Shown in pieces: positions 25,434 through 32,000 of a stretch of 32,000 bases of DNA. The notes under the pieces were generated by a model, which was given only the letters and a program-made list of their open reading frames with translations, made no database searches and was not told the DNA's origin. Source of the stretch: Oscillospiraceae bacterium. GTDB taxonomy: Bacteria; Bacillota; Clostridia; Oscillospirales; Oscillospiraceae. Location: assembly GCA_020860205.1 (NCBI GenBank), contig JAJBUU010000004.1, positions 1 through 32,000 on the forward strand, read 5' to 3'. A program made the translations under genes and the position numbers. Each line of letters starts with the position of its first letter. The first letter of the stretch is position 1.

Positions 25434-26495
25434 TTGCAGTTTTTATCGTCGCCGCGTCTGCGCACCGCCGCATTGGCGCTGGCGCTGACGGCCGTCGGAG
25501 CTTATGCCGCAGTGCATTGGTTCCTTCCGTGGCTGCTGCCCTTTCTCATCGCGGCATCGGCGGCGGCGCTGTTGGAACCGGCTGTGGCCTGCCTGTGCCG
25601 CCGGGGATGCGTCCGCGGCGCGGCCTCCGGCATATGCGTAATGGGCGCGCTGGCGCTGCTTGTGCTGCTGGTCTGGCTGCTGGGCGGACGGCTCGCCCAC
25701 GAGTGTATGGAGCTGCTTCCACGCCTTCCGGGAATGCTTTCGGCGTTTCTGGATACCCTGCGCACATGGCAGATGGCGCTGGAGCGCGGCATACCGGACG
25801 GACTTGCGCACTGGACGGAGCAGGCGGTTTCCGGCGCTGCGGACGCGCTGGCCGACCTGCCGTCGCAGGCTGCGTCCAGACTGCCGCGGCTGCTCTCCGC
25901 GCTGGCCGCCGCCGCGCCGGAGGCGCTGCTGTTTACCGTCACGACGGTCATCGGCGCTTATTTTATTTCCGCATCCTACCCGGAGCTGCAAAGCTGCGCT
26001 GCGCGGTTTCTGCCGGAACGGTTTCAGATGTGGGCGCGTCCCCTCTGGCGGAGCCTGCGGCAGACGCTGGGACGCTGGCTGCGCGCACAGGGTCTGCTCT
26101 CGCTGATCACCTGCGCGGTGCTTGCCGCGGCGTTTCTGCTGCTGCGCGTCCGTTATGCCCTGCTGCTGGCGCTGCTGACCGCACTCATCGACGCGCTCCC
26201 CGTGCTTGGGACGGGAACAGTGCTGCTGCCGTGGGCGGTCTATGATCTGCTGACGGGCAACGTGCCGCGCTTCGTCGGACTGCTCGTTACTTACGCTGCG
26301 GCGACGGTTCTGCGTTCCTGCATACAGGCAAAGCTGCTGGGCGATCAACTGGGGCTGCACCCGCTTGCCTCGCTCATGTCCATTTATGCAGGCTGGAAGC
26401 TCTGCGGCGTATGGGGAATGCTGCTGTTCCCACTTCTGGCGGTCTGTCTGAAGCAGGGGGTGTCCGTTTTTCTGGCGGCGCAGCATGATGAATGA
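25434..26495 (+). CDS. ytvI: AI-2E/UPF0118 family membrane protein, YtvI-like (sporulation integral membrane protein)
   Basis: TTG start after GGGAGGGAG. Multiple TM helices. The C-terminal LIDALPVLGTGTVLLPWAVY...LHPLASLMSIYAGWKLCGVWGMLLFPLL is typical of this family. The upstream part of the ORF-track frame (24786-25433) is antisense to the ACT gene. Confidence 0.65.
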   Translation: MQFLSSPRLRTAALALALTAVGAYAAVHWFLPWLLPFLIAASAAALLEPAVACLCRRGCVRGAASGICVMGALALLVLLVWLLGGRLAHECMELLPRLPGMLSAFLDTLRTWQMALERGIPDGLAHWTEQAVSGAADALADLPSQAASRLPRLLSALAAAAPEALLFTVTTVIGAYFISASYPELQSCAARFLPERFQMWARPLWRSLRQTLGRWLRAQGLLSLITCAVLAAAFLLLRVRYALLLALLTALIDALPVLGTGTVLLPWAVYDLLTGNVPRFVGLLVTYAAATVLRSCIQAKLLGDQLGLHPLASLMSIYAGWKLCGVWGMLLFPLLAVCLKQGVSVFLAAQHDE

Positions 26496-26528
26496 GGGTA
26501 CACACACGAAACAGGGAGGGCAAATGTA

Positions 26529-26957
26529 ATGATCGGCGTAATTTTCAGCATAATCGCAGGCGTGGCGATGAGTGTACAGGGCGTGATGAACACACGGCTG
26601 GGAGAACGGATCGGAACAGCGGAGGCGAACGCACTGGTGCAGTGTACGGCGGCGCTGCTTTCGCTGCTGGTGCTGGCGTTTTTTCACAGCGGCAGCTTTC
26701 CCGCGCTGCTGCAAACGCCAAAGCTCTATTGGTTTGGCGGCGTGCTCGGTCTTGTCATCACAGTGACGGTCATGCTTGGCATCCGGGACCTTTCCCCGAC
26801 CGTCAGCATTTCCATCATCCTGATTTCGCAGCTGCTGGTTGCCGCGCTCATCGACGCTTTTGGCCTGATGGACAGTGAACAGCAGCCCTTCACATGGACG
26901 AAATACGCCGGACTTGGCCTGATGCTCGGCGGAGTTGTGCTGTTCAAGCTGCGGTAA
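26529..26957 (+). CDS. DMT-superfamily small membrane protein (DUF606/YdcZ-like)
   Basis: 142 aa with 4-5 TM helices. Starts MIGVIFSIIAGVAMSVQGVMNTRLG. GGGAGGG lies 8 nt upstream. Confidence 0.6.
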   Translation: MIGVIFSIIAGVAMSVQGVMNTRLGERIGTAEANALVQCTAALLSLLVLAFFHSGSFPALLQTPKLYWFGGVLGLVITVTVMLGIRDLSPTVSISIILISQLLVAALIDAFGLMDSEQQPFTWTKYAGLGLMLGGVVLFKLR

Positions 26958-27164
26958 CGGCGGCGGGACGCGGCAATGCCCGCAGTTTTGCCTGCCCGCT
27001 GTTCTCTCTAAAACTCTCCTGTGCGGCGCTGTTCGTGCTGATTCAGGAGGACGGCGTTCCCTGCATCGTTGCGAATGGGGGCATACATTGAAAAGACGAA
27101 AATGAGGAAACATGATGTATAAATGGCGAAAATTGAGCGGTACAATTAAAAACTTATCCCGCCG

Positions 27165-27884
27165 CTAACCGTCCGCCGCGACAAGCATGGCGCGGAGCTG
27201 TTCCAGCGCGCGGCGCTCCAGGCGGGAAACCTGCACCTGCGAGACGCCGATGACCTGTGCGGCGCGCTGCTGTGTCATGCCGTGGAAAAAGCGCAGCGCA
27301 ATGACCATCCGTTCGCGTTCCGCCAGCCGCTCCATCGCGTCAAAAAGCGCCACGCGTTCCACCAGCCGCTCCTCCTGCCCGTCGTCGCCCAGCAGCCCTT
27401 CCAGCGTGGCGTGATCCTCGCCCGTTTCCCGCTGCAAGGAGTCCGTCGGTTCGGCAGCGGATTCCGCCAGCGCCACATCCTCCGGCTCCATGCCGGTTTC
27501 GGCGGACAGCTCGGAGAGCGTCGGTTCCCGTCCAAGACGCTGTTCCAGCGCCGCGCGCGCCGCACGGACGCGCAGCGCCTGCTCCTTCAGCCCGCGGCTG
27601 ACCTTGACTGCACCATCGTCCCGCAAAAAACGGCGAATCTCGCCGGAGATTTTGGGTACCGCGTAAGTGGAGAACTGGGTGCCGTATGCCTCACTGAAGC
27701 CGTTGACCGCCTTCAAAAAGCCGACGCAGCCAAGCTGATAGAGGTCGTCTGTATCCACACCGCGTCCGAAAAATCGCTTTGCCACGTTCCAGATCAACCC
27801 CGCGTTGTCCTCCACCAGCTTTTGCGCGGCGTCACGGTCACCGGACTGCGCGCGCCGGATCAGCGGCAGCGTATCTGCGTGCAT
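27165..27884 (-). CDS. sigF: Sporulation sigma factor SigF
   Basis: Sigma-70 regions 2-4 are present (DLYQLGCVGFLKAVNGF, YAVPKISGEIRRFLRDDG, HGMTQQRAAQVIGVSQVQVSRLERRAL). The gene lies directly downstream of spoIIAB with a TGATG overlap. An alternative TTG start exists at 27887. Confidence 0.85.
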   Translation of the reverse strand: MHADTLPLIRRAQSGDRDAAQKLVEDNAGLIWNVAKRFFGRGVDTDDLYQLGCVGFLKAVNGFSEAYGTQFSTYAVPKISGEIRRFLRDDGAVKVSRGLKEQALRVRAARAALEQRLGREPTLSELSAETGMEPEDVALAESAAEPTDSLQRETGEDHATLEGLLGDDGQEERLVERVALFDAMERLAERERMVIALRFFHGMTQQRAAQVIGVSQVQVSRLERRALEQLRAMLVAADG

Positions 27885-28324
27885 CAATGCTTTTTCCGGA
27901 TGCGGCGGAGCATGGTGACGGTAGTTCCCGCGCCGGGACGGGAGCGCACGGTCAGCCGGTCAGTGAAGGTTTCCATGATGGTAAAGCCCATGCCGCTGCG
28001 CTCCTCGCCACCTGTGGTGAAAAGCGGCTGGCGCGCCTGCTCCACGTTTTCAATGCCGCGTCCTTTGTCGCGGACGATGATTTCCAGATACTCGCCGTTT
28101 TTCAGGATGCGCGCAGTCAGCCACACGGTTCCAATTTCGTCCGGATAGGCGTGGACGATTGCATTCGTTACCGCCTCGCTGACTGCGGTGCGGATGTCGC
28201 CCAGCTCGTCCATTGTCGGGTCCATCTGCGCGGCAAAGGCCGCGACTGCGCTGCGCGCCAGCGCCTCGTTCGCGCTTTTTCCGGGAAATTCCAGCTTTAT
28301 GTAGTTTTCGCTTTTCGTTCTCAT
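27884..28324 (-). CDS. spoIIAB: Anti-sigma F factor (serine kinase) SpoIIAB
   Basis: 146 aa with a GHKL-type kinase pattern (AVSEAVTNAIVHAY, DKGRGIENVEQARQPLFTT, RSGMGFTIM). ATGA overlap with spoIIAA. Confidence 0.85.
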   Translation of the reverse strand: MRTKSENYIKLEFPGKSANEALARSAVAAFAAQMDPTMDELGDIRTAVSEAVTNAIVHAYPDEIGTVWLTARILKNGEYLEIIVRDKGRGIENVEQARQPLFTTGGEERSGMGFTIMETFTDRLTVRSRPGAGTTVTMLRRIRKKH

Positions 28325-28647
28325 ATGCTGTCCTCATCCTCCGTTTTGATTCGGATCATCCGGCCGATGCCGGAAGCCTCCAGTACCCGCCGGGGCTGCA
28401 GCCGCGCCTTTTCCACCCACACGCGCCCGCCTGCGCCGGAGAGCCGCCGCGTCAGCCGCAGCAGCAACGCAATGCCGGAGCTATCCATGAATGTCAGCGG
28501 GGAAAAGTCCAGCGCCAGTTCCCGCGGCATATATTCATCCAGCAGCTTTTCGATCAGCGTCATTGTTTCCTTTGCCGCGTGGTGATCCAATTCCCCTTGC
28601 AGGGAGATGGTCAGGCGGCCATCCTGATATGTGGAAAAAACCTTCAT
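28321..28647 (-). CDS. spoIIAA: Anti-sigma F factor antagonist SpoIIAA (STAS domain)
   Basis: 108 aa. MKVFSTYQDGRLTISLQGELDHH...LDFSPLTFMDSSGIALLL contains the phosphorylatable Ser in DSSG. GGAGGG SD upstream of ATG 28647. Confidence 0.85.
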   Translation of the reverse strand: MKVFSTYQDGRLTISLQGELDHHAAKETMTLIEKLLDEYMPRELALDFSPLTFMDSSGIALLLRLTRRLSGAGGRVWVEKARLQPRRVLEASGIGRMIRIKTEDEDSI

Positions 28648-28908
28648 CTGTGCAACACCCTCCGTTTTTCCCATTTTAGGCTTTTCCGCCGGAAAAGCCT
28701 GTCGAAACGCTGCGCCGCCGCAGATACTTTTTGCGTTCCGTCTCAACCGCCCTGTGCGGCGGGGCTTTGGCTTGACGCGGCAAAGGGTTCGGGTGTATAG
28801 TTGCGCTGTGAGGGGACCGCCGCAGATGCGTTTACGCGGCGGCGCCTGAAGAAAAAATATCCGCGCGCTCCGGCAGGAGCATACGGATCGGCGCGGCGGG
28901 AGGCAGAT

Positions 28909-29853
28909 ATGGCATACTATATTGGGATCGACTTGGGTGGCAGCCATTTTTCCATTGGCATCGTGGACGCGCAGTGGCGTATCATCGGAGAAGCCGCCGC
29001 ACCCAGCGCGCCGGAGCGTGGCGCGGCGGCGGTGGCGGAGGATATGGCGGCGCATATCCGCCGGGCGCTCGATGTCGCCGGGCTTTCGCTTTCAGATTGC
29101 TGCGCTGTTGGGATCGGCAGTCCCGGCACCTGCGACAACGCGACCGGTGTGGTGCTGCAAGCGCACAATCTGGGCTGGTATCGCGTCCCGCTCTGCGCGC
29201 TGCTGCAGGCGGAGCTTGGTGTTCCGGCGTTTCTTGCAAATGACGGCGACTGCGCCGCGCTGGGCGAGGTGTGCGCCGGAGCGGCGCAGGGGAGCGAAAA
29301 CGCGCTGCTGGTGGCGCTGGGCACCGGCGTCGGCGGGGGCGTAATTCTCGGTGGAAAAATCTGTTCCGGACACCGTGCGCTGGGCGGCGAGTTGGGGCAT
29401 ATCTGCATCCAAATGGACGGCGCGGAATGTACCTGCGGCGCACGTGGCTGCTGGGAGGCTTACGCTTCCGCTGCGGCGCTTGTGCGGCAGGCGGAAGCGG
29501 CTGCGGCGGAGGAGCCCGCTTCGGCGCTCTGCGCCGTGGGCACGCTGGACGGGCGAAAAATTTTTGACGCGGCGCGCGCCGGAGACAGGACTGCGGTGGC
29601 GGTGCTGGCGCGCTGGTATCAATATATCGGCGTGGGGCTGGTGAACCTGACGAACGTGCTGTTTCCGGAGGTGATTTTGCTCGGCGGCGGCGTCAGCGCG
29701 CAGGGCGAAACGCTGCTTGCGCCGGTGCGTGCTTATGTTGCGTCGCATATCTTTGTCCGGGACTGCGCGCAGCCCCCGCGCATCGAATGTGCCGCGCTTG
29801 CGAACCGCGCCGGAGTGATCGGTTCGGCTGCGTTTGCGGCAGGCTGTCTGTGA
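28909..29853 (+). CDS. ROK-family sugar kinase (glucokinase-like)
   Basis: MAYYIGIDLGGSHFSIG; ROK motif ANDGDCAALGE; zinc motif HICIQMDGAECTCGARGCWEAY. GGGAGG lies 5 nt upstream of the ATG. Confidence 0.8.
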   Translation: MAYYIGIDLGGSHFSIGIVDAQWRIIGEAAAPSAPERGAAAVAEDMAAHIRRALDVAGLSLSDCCAVGIGSPGTCDNATGVVLQAHNLGWYRVPLCALLQAELGVPAFLANDGDCAALGEVCAGAAQGSENALLVALGTGVGGGVILGGKICSGHRALGGELGHICIQMDGAECTCGARGCWEAYASAAALVRQAEAAAAEEPASALCAVGTLDGRKIFDAARAGDRTAVAVLARWYQYIGVGLVNLTNVLFPEVILLGGGVSAQGETLLAPVRAYVASHIFVRDCAQPPRIECAALANRAGVIGSAAFAAGCL

Positions 29854-29903
29854 AGGCGCGCAGCGGATTTTTGGCGGATACACGGGAACGGCGGATATTT
29901 CGG

Positions 29904-29932
29904 TTGCAATTTGCGCTGCGGGATATTATAAT
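29904..29932 (+). promoter_or_regulatory. Sigma-A-type promoter upstream of the dehydrogenase gene
   Basis: TTGCAA (29904-29909), 17-nt spacer, TATAAT (29927-29932). Confidence 0.55.
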
Positions 29933-30007
29933 CAGACTGACTTTAGGAAACGCCGCACGGATCGTTTGTGCGGTGCTGCAAAAAAAAACGAACGGAGGAA
30001 ACGAACC

Positions 30008-30961
30008 TTGAACATCGTCCTTTTGGAGCCGTTGGGTGTTTCGGCGGAAACGCTGGACCGCCTGCAAACGCCGCTGACCGCCGGCGGACACAGGTTTACC
30101 GCTTATGACACCGTGGCCGCCGATGACGCCGCGCTTGCGGAGCGGGCGCGGGACGCGGACATCCTGATGCTGGCCAACCACCCGCTGCCCGGTGCGGTGA
30201 TCGAACAGTGCGCAAAGCTGCAATATATCTCGGTCGCCTTTGTCGGCATCGACCACATTGACAGCGCCGCCTGCAAAGCGAAGGGCGTCCACATTTCCAA
30301 TGCCGCCGGATACTGCAACGATGCGGTGGCGGAGCTGGCGCTTGGGCTTGCGCTGGACTGCCTGCGCAATATCAGCGCAACAAACGCCTGCATCCGGCAG
30401 GGCGGAACCAAAGCGGGGTATGTCGGGAATGAGCTGCGCGGGAAAACCGTGGGCATCATCGGCACCGGCGCGACCGGCTGCCGCGTGGCCGAGCTTTACC
30501 GCGCGTTTGGCTGCCGCCTGCTGGGTTACAGCCGCACGGAGCGCCCGCAGGCGCAGGCGCTTGGCGTGGAATATGTGCCGCTGGAGCGGCTGCTGCAGGA
30601 GAGCGACATCGTGACCATCCATACGCCGCTCACGGACAGGACGCGCCTGCTGATCAACCGGGAGCGCATCGCCATGATGAAGCCGACCGCCATTTTTATC
30701 AATACTGCGCGGGGCGCGCTTGCGGATTCACAGGCGCTGGCTGACGCGCTGGAACGCGGCGCGCTTGGCGCGGTCGGTTCCGATGTGTTTGAGAGCGAGC
30801 CGCCGCTGGAACCGTCCCATCCGCTGCTCCATGCGCCGCGCACCGTCCTGACGCCGCACGCGGCGTTCGCCACGGCGGAGTCTATGGATCGCCGCGCAGA
30901 GATCACGTTTGACAATGTGGCGCAGTGGCTGCGCGGCAATCTGCAAAACCAGATGCTCTGA
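30008..30961 (+). CDS. D-isomer-specific 2-hydroxyacid dehydrogenase family protein
   Basis: TTG start 8 nt after GGAGGA. NAD-binding motif GKTVGIIGTGATGCRVA. Catalytic-region pattern FINTARGALAD...GAVGSDVFESEPP...VLTPHAAF. Confidence 0.8.
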   Translation: MNIVLLEPLGVSAETLDRLQTPLTAGGHRFTAYDTVAADDAALAERARDADILMLANHPLPGAVIEQCAKLQYISVAFVGIDHIDSAACKAKGVHISNAAGYCNDAVAELALGLALDCLRNISATNACIRQGGTKAGYVGNELRGKTVGIIGTGATGCRVAELYRAFGCRLLGYSRTERPQAQALGVEYVPLERLLQESDIVTIHTPLTDRTRLLINRERIAMMKPTAIFINTARGALADSQALADALERGALGAVGSDVFESEPPLEPSHPLLHAPRTVLTPHAAFATAESMDRRAEITFDNVAQWLRGNLQNQML

Positions 30962-31285
30962 TCGGCTGCGAATCTCCTGAAACCAGGGCGGCAGCATTTC
31001 TTTTTAAGGCAGCGCCGCATAAATCGCTCCCGCAGGAGCGAAACCCTGCCCCGCGACGAAACCCGATCCGCTCCTGCACATTGCGGTCAACCAGAGCGGG
31101 TAGAAATTCACCTGCAATTTCGGAAACGAGCGAAGTAAAATAAACGCTGTTGCCCTGTGCCTGAAACATCAAGACACGAAAACGGCCCCCTTCGTGCAGA
31201 CTCGAACGATTGTGGTTTCGGGTGCCTGCACGTAAGGGGGCTGTGTTATCTGCGGGAAGTCCGGCGGCGTTTGCGGCTTTCAGGA

Positions 31286-31330
31286 CGCGCATTTGGGGGT
31301 CGCGCATTTGGGGGTCGCGCATTTGGGGGT
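31286..31330. repeat. Perfect 15-nt tandem repeat, three copies
   Basis: cgcgcatttgggggt at 31286-31300, 31301-31315 and 31316-31330. This lies immediately downstream (minus sense) of the DUF815 gene stop. Confidence 0.9.
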
Positions 31331-31340
31331 GCGGTTCCCG

Positions 31341-32000
31341 TTATTCCTCCGGCGCGCAGCCGGAAAGGTGGTTGATGTACTGCTGAGCGGTGCGTCCGGA
31401 GATACCGCCGTGGCGAATCTCCCAACGGTTCGCGCCCGCGATGAGCGTTTCATCGTCGATGGGGGCGGCGAGCTGCCGCGCGGCGAGGGAGCGGACGATT
31501 TCGTGATACTGCGCACGGTTTGGCGCGGAATAGTTGATGGCTACGCCGAAGCGGGAAGCCAGGGAGAGCTTCTCCTCCACGGTGTCCGAGCGGTGGATAT
31601 CGCCTTTGTGTTCCATGTCGCTGCGGTCGTTCCATGTTTCGCGTATGAGATGGCGGCGGTTGGATGTGGCATAGATGAGGATGTTGCCAGGCCGCGTTTC
31701 CACACCGCCCTCGATGACCGCTTTCAGGAACTTGTACTCGATCTCGTGCTCCTCAAAGGAGAGGTCGTCGATAAAGATGATGAAGCGGTAGCTGCGTGTT
31801 TTGATGCGGGCAATCAGCGCGGAGAGCGAATGGAACTGGTGCTTGTACAGCTCGATCATGCGCAGACCACTGTCAAAGTAGTCGCTGAGCAGCGCCTTGA
31901 CGCAGGTAGACTTTCCGGTGCCGCTGTCGCCATAGAGCAGGACATTGTTTGCGCTGCGCCCGGCGATGAACGCCTCTGTATTTGCGGCAAGCTCCTGCTT
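31341..32000 (-). CDS. DUF815-type AAA ATPase; the 5' end lies outside the window
   Basis: The minus-strand frame stays open to the window edge. The Walker A region reads [20 protein letters not shown] (nt ~31950-31900) and Walker B reads [10 protein letters not shown]. The tail is ...[18 protein letters not shown]. Confidence 0.75.
   Translation of the reverse strand, partial: KQELAANTEAFIAGRSANNVLLYGDSGTGKSTCVKALLSDYFDSGLRMIELYKHQFHSLSALIARIKTRSYRFIIFIDDLSFEEHEIEYKFLKAVIEGGVETRPGNILIYATSNRRHLIRETWNDRSDMEHKGDIHRSDTVEEKLSLASRFGVAINYSAPNRAQYHEIVRSLAARQLAAPIDDETLIAGANRWEIRHGGISGRTAQQYINHLSGCAPEE

Noticed and set aside
25443-27113. 556-codon ORF antisense to ytvI and the DUF606 gene
   Set aside because: The translation is extremely Arg/Gln/Pro-rich, and the ORF spans two well-formed membrane-protein genes on the opposite strand. 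It is a GC-driven shadow ORF.
31286-31330. Possible CRISPR array
   Set aside because: The 15-nt units are directly abutting with no spacers, and there are only three copies. No CRISPR-like repeat-spacer periodicity occurs anywhere in the window.

Overview
The window has two parts. Nt 1 to about 12600 is visibly lower in G+C (judged by eye, not computed) and looks like a decayed integrative conjugative or mobilizable element from a Clostridia genome. It carries the C-terminal part of a large SNF2-type helicase, a DUF3848/3849-like protein, MobC, an HU gene cassette and a MobA/VirD2-type relaxase. Its cargo includes two nearly identical Rpn/YhgA-like PD-(D/E)XK nuclease genes plus a third copy that keeps only the 3' end. 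The cargo also holds a secreted SLH + transglutaminase-like protein, a truncated duplicate of that protein's 5' end, and a MoxR AAA+ ATPase with no partner gene. The right end of the element is a patchwork of three gene fragments: a tyrosine-integrase N-terminus, a GLUG-motif piece, and a large serine recombinase that has lost its catalytic domain. From about nt 13200 the sequence is high-G+C chromosomal core of a spore former. It encodes mobA, pepF, an AAE-family transporter, a Crp-like regulator, a cluster of secreted and SLH cell-envelope proteins, hom with an ACT-domain protein, ytvI, a DUF606 transporter, spoIIAA-spoIIAB-sigF, a ROK kinase, a 2-hydroxyacid dehydrogenase and a DUF815 ATPase. 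I found no rRNA, tRNA or CRISPR. The most interesting signal is the Rpn locus. Both full genes contain an in-frame internal Shine-Dalgarno + ATG, and the third copy is cut immediately upstream of that signal. This is consistent with an intragenic antitoxin-type module. Two gene disruptions can each be repaired by adding one A to a poly-A run, so they may be assembly errors. All family assignments come from motif recognition, not from database searches.
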